This document shows, piece after piece, positions 47,042 to 56,823 of a stretch of 64,000 nt of DNA. The translations under genes were made by a program, and so were the position numbers. Source of the stretch: Thermoproteota archaeon (lineage in GTDB: Archaea; Korarchaeota; Korarchaeia; Korarchaeales; Korarchaeaceae); NCBI GenBank assembly GCA_027491915.1, contig JAOZGC010000002.1:160001-224000 (forward strand), in the 5' to 3' direction. The stretch's first letter is position 1; each line of letters begins with the position of its first letter. Below the pieces are notes generated by a model, which ran no database searches, was not told the DNA's origin, and saw only the letters and a program-made list of their open reading frames with translations.

Positions 47042-47854
47042 TTGGTGGGGGGTGTGACCCCTATAGGACCGCGCGGTGGAAACCTCTGGAAGGGGAGGGA
47101 GGTATACTCCGGCCTGTCCGTCCCGGGAGACCGCCCGGTCGTGGTCAGGGTGGACGGCTGGAACTTCCACTCCCTGGCGAGGGAGGTCGACCTGGCCTGG
47201 CCGTACGATGAGAGGCTGATCAGGGCGGCCGTGGAGGCCGCGGGAGAGGTGCTGAGGAGCGGCCTGCCGATATCGCTGGCCTACCTCTTCTCCGATGAGG
47301 TGTCCTACCTGATCGGGCCCCCTATCCCTTTCTCCGGTCGGGTCGAGAAGATAGTCTCCGTGGTGGCCTCCCTCACCTCCTCGGCCCTCTCGCTCTCCCT
47401 CTGGAGGGAGACCGGGAGGCCAAGGGCGGCGGCGATGGACGGCAGGGTAATCCTCCTTGACTGGGACGAGATCGGGGATTATCTATCCTGGAGACAGTCG
47501 GAGGCGTGGCGGAACCATCTCAACGCCTACGCCCAGCTGGCGCTCTTGAGAAAGGGTCTGAGTGGGAGAGAGGCGGCGGATCGACTGTCGGGCCTGAAAT
47601 CGAGCGATCTGCACGACCTCATATGGAGGGAGCTCGGGATCAATCCGACCGAGACCCCGAGCTGGCAGAGGAGGGGGGTGCTGGTGTACTGGGCCCGGGC
47701 CCCGAGACGCGCGGTCGATCCGAGGACCGAGAAGGAGGTCACCGTGTTCAGGCGGGCCCTCAGGATAGACTGGGAGATCCCAATCTTCTCATCCGAAGAG
47801 GGGAGAAAACTCCTGGGGTCGATATTAGGGTGGGCTCTGGGCGGTCCCGGGTAG
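47042..47854 (+). CDS. tRNA(His) guanylyltransferase / Thg1-like protein
   Basis: VRVDGWNFH, FSDEVS, GRVEK, YLSWRQSEAWRN, PSWQRRG. Confidence 0.93.
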   Translation: MVGGVTPIGPRGGNLWKGREVYSGLSVPGDRPVVVRVDGWNFHSLAREVDLAWPYDERLIRAAVEAAGEVLRSGLPISLAYLFSDEVSYLIGPPIPFSGRVEKIVSVVASLTSSALSLSLWRETGRPRAAAMDGRVILLDWDEIGDYLSWRQSEAWRNHLNAYAQLALLRKGLSGREAADRLSGLKSSDLHDLIWRELGINPTETPSWQRRGVLVYWARAPRRAVDPRTEKEVTVFRRALRIDWEIPIFSSEEGRKLLGSILGWALGGPG

Positions 47855-49996
47855 TCCGAATCTGGCCACCGTTAGGATCTCTCCCAGCTCCACGACCCCG
47901 TTCCCATCATCGTCCACCCACCTGAGGACGTAACCCGTCCCGGGAGAGATCTCCTCCAGGTTGGCCGCCATCCATACCGACGCCGCCATGGTCCCATACC
48001 TGGTGATCCCCATGCCAGCGTAGACTATCCCCCCTCCCTCTTCCCTGTAAGCGAAGACGGCAGCGTAATCCCTCCTGGCCCAATCCCCCCCAGTTACGCT
48101 CCACCCCACCTCTAAGGACTCCACCCACAGCGTGTACGTCCCGTTCTCGCTGGTGAACATGATCCCTCCCACCTCCGCGGCCTCCGCCCCTTCCGGTATG
48201 GCTGAGGGCCCACCCAGCACGATCCTGCTTGGGATGGCCCCAAACCACCCCGCACCGCCGAGGGAGGATAACACCTCCGCGGCCGCCCTGTCCGTCCGCG
48301 CCGACACTATCCTGAGCTCGGTCCCGTTTGGTGCAGCCTCCCCGCCGACCTCCTCCGAGGCGTTTGCTGGCCGAGACTCGCCTCCTACTCCCCCGATCGT
48401 CCCCCTGTCGAACCCCCCTCCAGTCTCGACTTCTGCGGCGGGGACATCCCGCCTCGGATAGCACCCGAAGTACTTCTCCACGACCTCCCCCGGCGGCGAC
48501 CAAGAGTAGAAAGCGAGCCTATTCTGGGGGGACACGGCCGCCGGATTCAGACTGCTCCAATAATCGTGGAGTCCCAGGAAACCCAGCTCAGAGGTCAGCC
48601 TGCAGCACTTTCCAGGCTCCGTCCTCAGGCAGATCCCTCCTCCCAGCTCGTACAGTCCGAACGTCCTCCACCGACCGCACTCGACCGGTCCGCACTCCCC
48701 GTTTCCCGCGTCAGGCTCGACGCTAGTCAACACCCAGGTGAGATTTCCCACCTGCCTCACCTCACCCAGCGGCCAGCTCCCGTTCTCGTCGATGGAGTAC
48801 CAGTAAGGCCCGGCGGCGGTCCCGTTCCACAGCGTGATGGAAGAGATCCCATACCTGGCCTCGGCCACCCTCAGCCACCCCCCGAGGGGGAGGGCGAAGG
48901 GCCCGACCCTCGTCCCGTTTATCCTCAGGTATCCGACCATGAGGGGTCCTTTCTCTCCCTCTAACAGGAACCAGTCGTAATTCGACGGTGGCGCGTCGCG
49001 CGGCCACGTCTTCCCCACCTCCGTGACGTCGGGGATTCCGTCGCCGTCCCGATCAACCCTAAGCAGGACCGAGTTGTCTACCCACGGGCCGCTGAGGACG
49101 ACCTCCATGAACCTCTGGTCAACGTTGTCGACCCTAAGCACGTCCAGGAAGAAGATCACCGGAAAGTCGTCTATCCTGATGCGTGGGCCGCCCAAGTCGT
49201 TCAAGTACACGAACAGCTTTCCCACGTGCCCCGTGGCCGGATCGACCGCCGAGGAGTATTCCAGGAACAGCATCGTCTCGAGCTCACCTCCTCGGTAGAC
49301 CACTATGGTGGCGTTGAGCAGGTTGATGTCCTCCACGAACAACGTCCTGTTCAGGAAGGGGACGTCGTAGCTGGCCCCTTCGTACAGTATCGCGGTTCCG
49401 TGCCCGGTGGTGTCAAAGATCGGGGCGAATCCCGGCTTATTTAGGCTGTAGTACTCGGTTCTCCCCGTGAATATGTCGGTCGCGTTGATCTCCTGATCGC
49501 CCGTCCCTCCTATGTAGAAGAGACCGTCGTCGTATCTGACGGTCACGGGCTCCCAGGCGCCGGGATTCGTGTCTTCGTCCTTGTAGGCCGGGAGCCACGT
49601 CGTTCCCGAGAGGCGGGCGAGCATCACACCCTCCGGAATCTCCTCTATAAGCCTTCCCAGCGAGTAAGACAGAACAGGATAGCGGCAGGTCTGCCCGCCG
49701 ATCGCTGGGCACGAGGGACACGTCCCTGTCTCCAGGGTCTCATTTTCGTACCCTCTGGGAACCAGGAGGAAAGGCGGCGGGGATCCCTCCCCGAGGGGAT
49801 AGGCCACCTGCTCCGGGAACGATCCGGAGAAGGGCGGGTGCGTCGCGCCCCACCCATACCCGAAGGCGAGGCCCACCCCCCCCGGCAGGGATATGGACCC
49901 CACCCTTATCTCCCCCGGCCGGGACGTGAGGACCCGGCCCGCCGGCTGGGTCAAGACGGCAGCGCACACCAGCGCCAGGAAGACCCGCCGACTCAT
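47825..49996 (-). CDS. Exported S-layer-like protein
   Basis: Signal peptide; DxDxDG-type Ca-binding loops (DRDGDGIPD, DDDGNGVVELGE); C-terminal IVLGGP...GITRYGTMAA S-layer-like domain. Confidence 0.6.
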   Translation of the reverse strand: MSRRVFLALVCAAVLTQPAGRVLTSRPGEIRVGSISLPGGVGLAFGYGWGATHPPFSGSFPEQVAYPLGEGSPPPFLLVPRGYENETLETGTCPSCPAIGGQTCRYPVLSYSLGRLIEEIPEGVMLARLSGTTWLPAYKDEDTNPGAWEPVTVRYDDGLFYIGGTGDQEINATDIFTGRTEYYSLNKPGFAPIFDTTGHGTAILYEGASYDVPFLNRTLFVEDINLLNATIVVYRGGELETMLFLEYSSAVDPATGHVGKLFVYLNDLGGPRIRIDDFPVIFFLDVLRVDNVDQRFMEVVLSGPWVDNSVLLRVDRDGDGIPDVTEVGKTWPRDAPPSNYDWFLLEGEKGPLMVGYLRINGTRVGPFALPLGGWLRVAEARYGISSITLWNGTAAGPYWYSIDENGSWPLGEVRQVGNLTWVLTSVEPDAGNGECGPVECGRWRTFGLYELGGGICLRTEPGKCCRLTSELGFLGLHDYWSSLNPAAVSPQNRLAFYSWSPPGEVVEKYFGCYPRRDVPAAEVETGGGFDRGTIGGVGGESRPANASEEVGGEAAPNGTELRIVSARTDRAAAEVLSSLGGAGWFGAIPSRIVLGGPSAIPEGAEAAEVGGIMFTSENGTYTLWVESLEVGWSVTGGDWARRDYAAVFAYREEGGGIVYAGMGITRYGTMAASVWMAANLEEISPGTGYVLRWVDDDGNGVVELGEILTVARFGLPGTAQSPP

Positions 49997-50077
49997 CCTC
50001 GGGGACCGGTGGGACCTGACCTATTAATCCATCCCTAGACGGAATCTAAAGGGTCATTCCGCGGGGGACGGAACATC

Positions 50078-50110
50078 AAAAAAGGCGGGCAGGCGGGCGA
50101 TGGCCCGCCT
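50078..50110 (-). terminator. Putative terminator of gdhA
   Basis: Minus strand AGGCGGGC-CATC-GCCCGCCT hairpin, then GCCCGCC and a T6 tract, just after the gdhA stop. Confidence 0.6.
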
Positions 50111-50127
50111 AGAGAGGGAGAGGTGGC

Positions 50128-51456
50128 TCACGGCCAGATGCCGCGCCACTTCATGGCGCTGACGACCCGGTCTATGGCGAGCCAGAGGGCCGCCGTCCTC
50201 ATGTCAATCTTCTTCTCCTCGTGCAGGCTGTAGACGTCCCTGAAGGCCCTGGTCATCTTTGCCCTGAGCTTGTTCCTGACGGTCTCCAGGTCCCACCACT
50301 CCCTGTACCTGGCCTGAACCCACTCGAAGTAGCTGACGGTGACCCCCCCGGCGTTGGCCAGTATGTCCGGTATCATGAGGACGCCCTTCTCGTGCAGTAT
50401 GTCGTCGGCCTCCGGGGTGGTCGGCCCGTTGGCCGCCTCGGCTATCAGCTTGGCCTTTATCCTGTCGGCGTTGTCCTTCGTTATGACGTTCTCTATGGCC
50501 GCCGGTATGAGGACGTCGACGTCGAGCTCCAGCAGCTTGGCGTTGGCCGCCTTGGCGTCTTTATCCAAATTGGTTGCCCCCGGGAAGTCTCTGACGCTCT
50601 TATCATCGCTCTTCTGCTTGTGAGCCAGCACCGCATCCGGATCCAGTCCGTCGGGATTGTATATGCCTCCCTTGCTGTCGCTGACCGCCACAACCTTCAT
50701 GCCCAACTCGTGCATGAACTTGGCCGCGAAGTACCCGGCGTTCCCGTATCCCTGAACCGCTGCGGTGGCCCTCTTCGGATCTATGTTGAGGACCCTTATG
50801 GCCTCCTCGACGGTGTACTGCAGTCCCCTGGCCGTGGCCTCGTTCCTGCCCTCGCTGCCGCCCACCTCCAGCGGCTTGCCGGTGACCACGCCCGGCTCCG
50901 GATAGCCCACAATCTGGCTGTAGGTGTCCATTATCCAGGCCATCTCCCTGGGTCCGGTGTAGACGTCGGGGGCCGGTATGTCCCTGTTGACTCCTATTAT
51001 GGGGGATATCATGAAGGCGTATCTCCTGGTCAGCCTCTCCAGCTCTCCCTGGCTTAGGGCGTGCGGATCCACCTTTATCCCGCCCTTCGCCCCCCCGTAG
51101 GGTATGTCAACCACGGCGGTCTTCCAGGTCATCCACATAGCCAGGGCCTTCACCTCGTCCCTGTGGACGCCTGGGTGATACCTTATCCCGCCCTTGCACG
51201 GCCCCCTGGCGTCGTTGTGCTGGACCCTCCAACCGAGGAAGACCTCTATGCTGCCGTCGTCCATCCTAACAGGTATCTGGACCTCAAGCACCCTCTTCGG
51301 GGTCGCGAGTATCTTGTGATAGCTTGAATCGAGGTTCATGGCCTCAGCGGCCTTGTCCAGCTGCCTGAGGGCGTTGTACCAGGGATTCACCTCGGGGGGA
51401 GGGGTCGTCCCGAGGACGGCGTACGCCTCCCCTATGGGCACCCTCTTCTCGGTCAT
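50128..51456 (-). CDS. gdhA: Glutamate dehydrogenase
   Basis: RGPCKGGIRY, MTWK, GGAKGG, DIPAPDV, TGKP..GGS.GR, QGYGNAG, EAANGP, PDILANAGGV. Confidence 0.96.
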   Translation of the reverse strand: MTEKRVPIGEAYAVLGTTPPPEVNPWYNALRQLDKAAEAMNLDSSYHKILATPKRVLEVQIPVRMDDGSIEVFLGWRVQHNDARGPCKGGIRYHPGVHRDEVKALAMWMTWKTAVVDIPYGGAKGGIKVDPHALSQGELERLTRRYAFMISPIIGVNRDIPAPDVYTGPREMAWIMDTYSQIVGYPEPGVVTGKPLEVGGSEGRNEATARGLQYTVEEAIRVLNIDPKRATAAVQGYGNAGYFAAKFMHELGMKVVAVSDSKGGIYNPDGLDPDAVLAHKQKSDDKSVRDFPGATNLDKDAKAANAKLLELDVDVLIPAAIENVITKDNADRIKAKLIAEAANGPTTPEADDILHEKGVLMIPDILANAGGVTVSYFEWVQARYREWWDLETVRNKLRAKMTRAFRDVYSLHEEKKIDMRTAALWLAIDRVVSAMKWRGIWP

Positions 51457-51633
51457 TCAGATCACCCCTCTGGGGCGGGTGATCGAGACGGTCGATTCTT
51501 AAAAGTTTTTACATTTAATCATTAGACGATGGAGGGGCGTCCCTCCATCTCTGTATCGTTAGAACTGGCCCTTTTAGATGAAACTACCTGATCTAATATC
51601 AGATCTAATTCTTATAACCTACGAAAATTGGAT

Positions 51634-52776
51634 CTACGGCGAGACGAGGGTCTTCAACCAGGCCAGCGGCAGCCTCCTCTTTGCCCACCTCCAGAACCCG
51701 GAGAAGCTGATCTTTCCTATGGCATAGTCTGTAAATTTTTCTGCTATTGGCCTGTAAACCATCATTATCTCAAAGAATTTTCGGATTCTAGGGAGAACTA
51801 TCTTTGAGACCTTGAGCCTGACGCCGGCCTCCTCCAGGACCGAGGACATCCCATCGACGTAGGACCGGACAGGATCTCCTCCCCCCCGGCGGCGGAGGAG
51901 GGATCTCGCGGCCACCTCCGCGCTCAGGACCGCGTAGTATATGCCCTCCCCCGTGAACGGATCCGCCAGGCCGGCGGCGTCCCCAACCAGCATGACCCTG
52001 TTCCCGGCCACCACGCGGCGGGCCCCGACCGGTATCACCCCTCCCCTGGCCTCCCACCCGTCCGGCTCTCCCAGCCAGCTCAGGTGGGCCCTCAGGGCCC
52101 GGGCCAGGTCCATCCCGGGGTGAGGGATGCCCCCCACCCCGATGTTCAGACCTCCGTCGAACGGGAAGACCCAGCCGTACCCCCCGTCGACGGCGTCCAT
52201 CTTGAACACGAGGTCGTCCCCCGACCTATCCTGGAGCACCACGTCGAGCGCGAGTATGAGCTCGGAGGTCGTCCAACCCGACCTCAGGCCGGCCAACAAC
52301 CCGGTCTTCCCCGCCGCCCCGTCGGCCCCGACCACGTAGTCCGCCTCCAGGATCCCGCCGTCGAACCTCACCTCCCAGCCTCTGGCGATCCGCCTCATCC
52401 CCCTGAGGGAGGTTCCCTCCAACACGTTGGCTCCCCTACTTTCGGCCTCCCTGGCGAGCCACTCGTCGAATTTCGCCCTGTCCGTGACCGCCACGGCGAA
52501 CGGCCTCCTATCCAGCGTTCCCTCCTTACCCCAGCCGATCAGCCTTATCCTCGATATCTTCTTCACCCTCGGTATGCCCTCGACCCGGAAGCCCAGCTCC
52601 CTCAACAGGTTCCAGGTCTTGAGCGTCAGCCCTCCCCCGCACGGCTTTACCCTAGGGATGCCCTCCCTCTCCAGCACCGTCACCCTGAGGCCGGACTCGG
52701 CCAGAAGCGCGGCCGTCACGGATCCGGCCGGACCGGCCCCCACAACCGCCACGTCGCACCTCAAGGCGCCGCACAC
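51634..52776 (-). CDS. Geranylgeranyl reductase family protein
   Basis: VVGAGPAG, KPCGGG, DRAKFD, GADG, YGWVFP, GDAAG..DPFTGEGI. Confidence 0.88.
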   Translation of the reverse strand: MCGALRCDVAVVGAGPAGSVTAALLAESGLRVTVLEREGIPRVKPCGGGLTLKTWNLLRELGFRVEGIPRVKKISRIRLIGWGKEGTLDRRPFAVAVTDRAKFDEWLAREAESRGANVLEGTSLRGMRRIARGWEVRFDGGILEADYVVGADGAAGKTGLLAGLRSGWTTSELILALDVVLQDRSGDDLVFKMDAVDGGYGWVFPFDGGLNIGVGGIPHPGMDLARALRAHLSWLGEPDGWEARGGVIPVGARRVVAGNRVMLVGDAAGLADPFTGEGIYYAVLSAEVAARSLLRRRGGGDPVRSYVDGMSSVLEEAGVRLKVSKIVLPRIRKFFEIMMVYRPIAEKFTDYAIGKISFSGFWRWAKRRLPLAWLKTLVSP

Positions 52777-52846
52777 CGCTCGGTCCTTCCTATATTAGGG
52801 TTGGCCCGCTCATCATCATTAAAAGGGCGGCCGCCCGCGGGACTGG

Positions 52847-54004
52847 ATGCCGACCGCCGTCTTGCCCTTTTTCACGGCAGGCGATCTAGAATCAACCGAG
52901 TTCTCCGACCTGGCGGCCGCGCTGGCTTGGGTCTCCTCGAAGAGGGATAGGGGAGGTGGATTCCTCAGGAGGAGGCCGCCCGAGGAGCTGGATAGGATGG
53001 TCAGGCTGTGTCTCCGACTCGAGCCGCTGAACGTTGGAGAGGGCGGATTGGAGGGATGCGCGCTCTTCGATCCGTCGAACCTCTTTCACCTCAGAATCAA
53101 GATCACCAGCCATCGCCTGATCTCCCCTCCTTCCCTGCAGACCGCGATCCTCACCTCTCCGGACCTCCATACCTTGGCGGCCAGGGCCCGCGCGGCGGCG
53201 GACGCCATATCTACCTCCGCGAGGGAGATGGACTTCCCGGGTCTCGTCCCCGGCCGGGCGGCCGCCGCCGTGTTGAGGGAGGCGAGGGAGGGGGAGTGTC
53301 GCGGGGCGGTTCCCCCTAGATCCGGCGGGGTAGATTCACGCGGGGAGCTTGAGAGGGCTGTCGATCTGGCAAAGAAGTTCGAGCGGGAGCTGCCCAGCAT
53401 CGAGGCGGCGCTGGCCGCCGTCAAGTCAACCATGGAGGCGTGGTCCTCGAGGTTGGCAGACAAGGAGAGGGAACTGATGGAGGGGGGCGATAATTCTGGA
53501 AGCGATCTGCACGACCGTGCGGCGGCCGAGAAAAGTTTGATCTTAGGTTCCCTCGGCAGGCTCAGATCTGTACTGGAATCCGAGGTCTCGAACAGGAGAG
53601 AGCTAATCTTTGCGCTGTCTTGGGACGGGAGCTGTCCTGAGAGGCTCGACTTCCCAGCCTACGTCGCCCTGCTCAGGGGAAGGCGGAGGAGGATCATGTT
53701 CGTACCCCCCCTGGGTCGTGAGAAAGGAGGATTGGGGGAGTCCTTAAAGAGGTTGCTCGGGAGGGCCTCCTACTCCCTGAGGCCGAGAATCCCGACGGCG
53801 GATCTGGTCAACAGGGCTGAGGAGGCCCTGGGCCCCGGGGGATCCATGTGGGAGTGGTTCCGCGATGAGACAGGGAGGTGGGACGAGCTTCCCCTATCAC
53901 CGGACGGCGAGAGGGAGGTGTCAATCTCCCTGGCCAACATGACCCGGGCGGGAATCCTCAACGACAGGGCGGCCTCGGAGACTCTCGAGGTAATCCTGTC
54001 CTGA
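52847..54004 (+). CDS. Hypothetical protein with central coiled coil
   Basis: 385-aa ORF filling the gap; TTAAAA upstream; helical heptad-like middle. Confidence 0.6.
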   Translation: MPTAVLPFFTAGDLESTEFSDLAAALAWVSSKRDRGGGFLRRRPPEELDRMVRLCLRLEPLNVGEGGLEGCALFDPSNLFHLRIKITSHRLISPPSLQTAILTSPDLHTLAARARAAADAISTSAREMDFPGLVPGRAAAAVLREAREGECRGAVPPRSGGVDSRGELERAVDLAKKFERELPSIEAALAAVKSTMEAWSSRLADKERELMEGGDNSGSDLHDRAAAEKSLILGSLGRLRSVLESEVSNRRELIFALSWDGSCPERLDFPAYVALLRGRRRRIMFVPPLGREKGGLGESLKRLLGRASYSLRPRIPTADLVNRAEEALGPGGSMWEWFRDETGRWDELPLSPDGEREVSISLANMTRAGILNDRAASETLEVILS

Positions 54005-54047
54005 TCCTCAATTTTAATCTCCCTGCAGTCAACTGACGGCGGTCGCT

Positions 54048-54467
54048 ATGAGGGTCGAGGTGGCTTCCGGCGGGGGCTCCTACTTCGTCGGCTTTGGGGA
54101 CTCCGGTCACGGAGTCGTGATGGATTCCTCCAAGGAAGAGGGGGGGACCGACCTGGGCCCCAGACCCATAGAACTCTTCCTCATGGCGGCGGCCGGCTGC
54201 ACGGCCTTCGACGTGGCGCAGATCCTCTCCAAGAGCGGAGCCGAGTTCGACGAGATCCGGGTCATCGCCGATGCCGAGAGGGCGCCTGATCACCCGAGGA
54301 TCTTCGTCTCCGTCAGGTTTCACTACGTGATCGTCGGTGACGTCGACCCGAGTTTGGTGGAGAGGGCCATCTCGCTGTCCCAGCGCAGGTACTGCTCGGC
54401 CAGCGCCATGATCAGAAGGTCCGGCGCGGAAATCTATACCTCCTTCGAGTTGATCGGGAGGAAATGA
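54048..54467 (+). CDS. OsmC/YhfA family protein
   Basis: GPRPIELFLMAAAGC...YCSAS (two conserved Cys). Confidence 0.9.
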   Translation: MRVEVASGGGSYFVGFGDSGHGVVMDSSKEEGGTDLGPRPIELFLMAAAGCTAFDVAQILSKSGAEFDEIRVIADAERAPDHPRIFVSVRFHYVIVGDVDPSLVERAISLSQRRYCSASAMIRRSGAEIYTSFELIGRK

Positions 54468-54468
54468 G

Positions 54469-55944
54469 ATGGCCCACAGGGACCTGAGGGAGTACCTGGC
54501 AGCCTTGGAGGAGAGAGGGCTCCTCAGGAGGGTATCTGTTGAGGTGGATCCAATCCTCGAGGCGGCCGAGATCCTCAGGAGGGTCATGTACTCCAGTGGT
54601 CCGGCAGTCCTCTTTGAGAGGCTGAAGGGCCACCCGGGGTGGAAGCTGGTCGGGAACCTGTTCGGGGGCGACGAATTCTTTGAGGCGGCCTTCGGGGCCA
54701 GGAGGCTGGAGTCGCTGGGCGAGAGGCTGACCGGCCTCCTGGCCTCCCCTCCCCCGTCCGGCCTGCTGGAGAAGGTCAGGGGTCTGACTAAGGTGGCGGG
54801 CCTCGCATCTTACCTACCCAGGCCGACGTCCGGGGGTCCCGTAAAGGAGGTCAGACTGGATCCGAGCGAGGAGGGACTCCTCTCTCTCCCCGCCTTGAAG
54901 ACCTGGCCCGGAGATGCCGGCAGGTTTCTCACCTATCCCCTCGTCTTCACCAGAGATCCGGAGACCGGAATCACCGATGTGGGGGTCTACAGGATGCAAA
55001 TATACGACAACGAGACGGCGGGAATGCACTGGCACATCCACAAGAGGGGGGCGGCGTACTCCGAAGCCGCGCTGAGGATGGGGAGGAGGGAGATAGAGGT
55101 CGCGGTCGTCGTGGGTGCGGATCCCGCCACCGCCCTCGCCGCCGCTGCCCCCGTGCCCCACCCTATCGACAAGCTCCTGTTCGCCGGCCTGATCGCCGGT
55201 CGGGGCATTGAGGTCGTTCGGGCCGACTTGGTTGACCTGTGGGTCCCCGCCCGCGCCGAGCTTGTCCTGGAGGGCCGCGTTTCCCTGGAGGAGACGAGGA
55301 TCGAAGGTCCTTTCGGGGACCACACCGGGTACTACACTCCGCCGGCCCCCTACCCCGTCTTCCACCTCGAGAGGATTACCCGGAGGAGGGACCCGATCTT
55401 CCACGCCACCGTCGTGGGCAGGCCCCCCCTTGAGGACGCGCGCATAGGGAAGGCGATAGAGAGGATTTTCCTCCCCCTCCTGAGGACCCTCCTTCCTGAG
55501 GTGGTGGACATCAACCTCCCCGAGTACGGCCTCTTCCAGGGGGTGGCCGTGGTCTCGATAAGGAAGAGGTACCCGGGCCAGGCCAAGAGGGTAATGATGG
55601 GCCTGTGGGGGTTGGGTCAGTTCTCCCTCACCAAGATGATAGTGGTGGTTGACCAGGACGTTGACGTGCACGACCTGAACGAGGTCTTGTACGCCGTGTC
55701 GACCTGCGTCGATCCGGAGAGGGACGTGCTCATAGTGGAAGGGGCTCCGACCGACGTGCTCGACCACTCCTCTCCGGAAGTCGGGTACGGCAGCAAGCTG
55801 GGCATAGACGCGACCCGAAAGCTCCCAGAAGAGATGGACGGGAGGGAATGGCCCGAGCCAGCGAGGCCGGATCCCGAGACCGTGAGGCTGGTGGACGAGA
55901 GGTGGGGTGAATACGGGCTTGGAGATACGGTGGGACCCGGGTGA
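54469..55944 (+). CDS. UbiD-family decarboxylase (menaquinone-type)
   Basis: DLREYL, GVYRMQ, GMHWHIHK, EGPFGDHTGYY, GRPPLED, KRYPGQAK, GSKLGIDAT. Confidence 0.92.
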   Translation: MAHRDLREYLAALEERGLLRRVSVEVDPILEAAEILRRVMYSSGPAVLFERLKGHPGWKLVGNLFGGDEFFEAAFGARRLESLGERLTGLLASPPPSGLLEKVRGLTKVAGLASYLPRPTSGGPVKEVRLDPSEEGLLSLPALKTWPGDAGRFLTYPLVFTRDPETGITDVGVYRMQIYDNETAGMHWHIHKRGAAYSEAALRMGRREIEVAVVVGADPATALAAAAPVPHPIDKLLFAGLIAGRGIEVVRADLVDLWVPARAELVLEGRVSLEETRIEGPFGDHTGYYTPPAPYPVFHLERITRRRDPIFHATVVGRPPLEDARIGKAIERIFLPLLRTLLPEVVDINLPEYGLFQGVAVVSIRKRYPGQAKRVMMGLWGLGQFSLTKMIVVVDQDVDVHDLNEVLYAVSTCVDPERDVLIVEGAPTDVLDHSSPEVGYGSKLGIDATRKLPEEMDGREWPEPARPDPETVRLVDERWGEYGLGDTVGPG

Positions 55945-56821
55945 GTCTCTTGGCGGGGGGCTGAGGGCCTACCTCAGGTTGATCCGCCTCGAGCACACCC
56001 TGTTCAGCCTCCCCTTCGCCTACGCTGGCGGGGCCCTGGCGGTTGGCAGACTGCCAGCGGCGCGGGAGGTTCTCTGGATGACCCTGGCCGTCTTTGGGCT
56101 CAGGTCCGCGGCCATGGCCTACAACAATCTGGCCGATCTGGACATAGACTCCGCCAATCCCAGGACCAGGGGGAGACCCCTGGTAACCGGCGCGGTGACC
56201 CGGCGGGGGGCCTGGGTCGTGGTGGCCCTGGGGAGCATAGTATACTACCTCTCGTCGGCCGCCCTTAACCTCTACGCCGCAGAGCTCAGCCCGATCCTGT
56301 GGGCCCTGGCCATGAGCTACCCCCACTCCAAGAGGATCCACCCTCTTCCCCACCTCCACCTGGGGCTCGTCCTAGGGGCCGTCGTCATGGGCGGCGCGAT
56401 CGGGTGCTCCGGAGACGAGGTCTCCAACCTCTGGGAGGCGATGTCGTCGGTCCCGTGGGGCTACCTGGCGGCCGTGACCCTCTGGGTGGCCGGGTTCGAT
56501 GTCTTCTACTCCATAATGGACATGGACTTTGATAGGTCCATCGGCCTGAAGAGTCTCCCCGCCCTCTTGGGGGTGAACGGAGCCAGGACGGCATCGTCCC
56601 TCATGCACGCCGCTTCTTCCACCCTTCTGCTAGCATCTCCCCGGTTGTACGGGTTGGGGAGCGCGGCGCTGGCGGCGGGATTGCTGGCGGCCGCCGTGAT
56701 GGCGGCGGAGCAGGCGCTCGTATGGCGCGACCTGGATGAGATACCCCGGGCCTTCAACCTGAACCTTGGGCTCGGGTGGGTGATCTCGCTGGGGATCCTC
56801 TTGGACGTCGCCTGGTGGTAG
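55907..56821 (+). CDS. UbiA-family aromatic polyprenyltransferase (MqnP-like)
   Basis: EHTLFSLPFAY, RSAAMAYNNLADLDID..NPRT..RP, WVAGFD.FYSIMD..FD. Confidence 0.9.
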   Translation: MNTGLEIRWDPGESLGGGLRAYLRLIRLEHTLFSLPFAYAGGALAVGRLPAAREVLWMTLAVFGLRSAAMAYNNLADLDIDSANPRTRGRPLVTGAVTRRGAWVVVALGSIVYYLSSAALNLYAAELSPILWALAMSYPHSKRIHPLPHLHLGLVLGAVVMGGAIGCSGDEVSNLWEAMSSVPWGYLAAVTLWVAGFDVFYSIMDMDFDRSIGLKSLPALLGVNGARTASSLMHAASSTLLLASPRLYGLGSAALAAGLLAAAVMAAEQALVWRDLDEIPRAFNLNLGLGWVISLGILLDVAWW

Positions 56822-56823
56822 GC

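Noticed and set aside
54469-55944. UbiD as anhydromevalonate phosphate decarboxylase of the archaeal mevalonate pathway
   Set aside because: Its length, GMHW and KRYPGQ motifs and coupling to an MqnP-like UbiA fit the quinone-type subfamily better.
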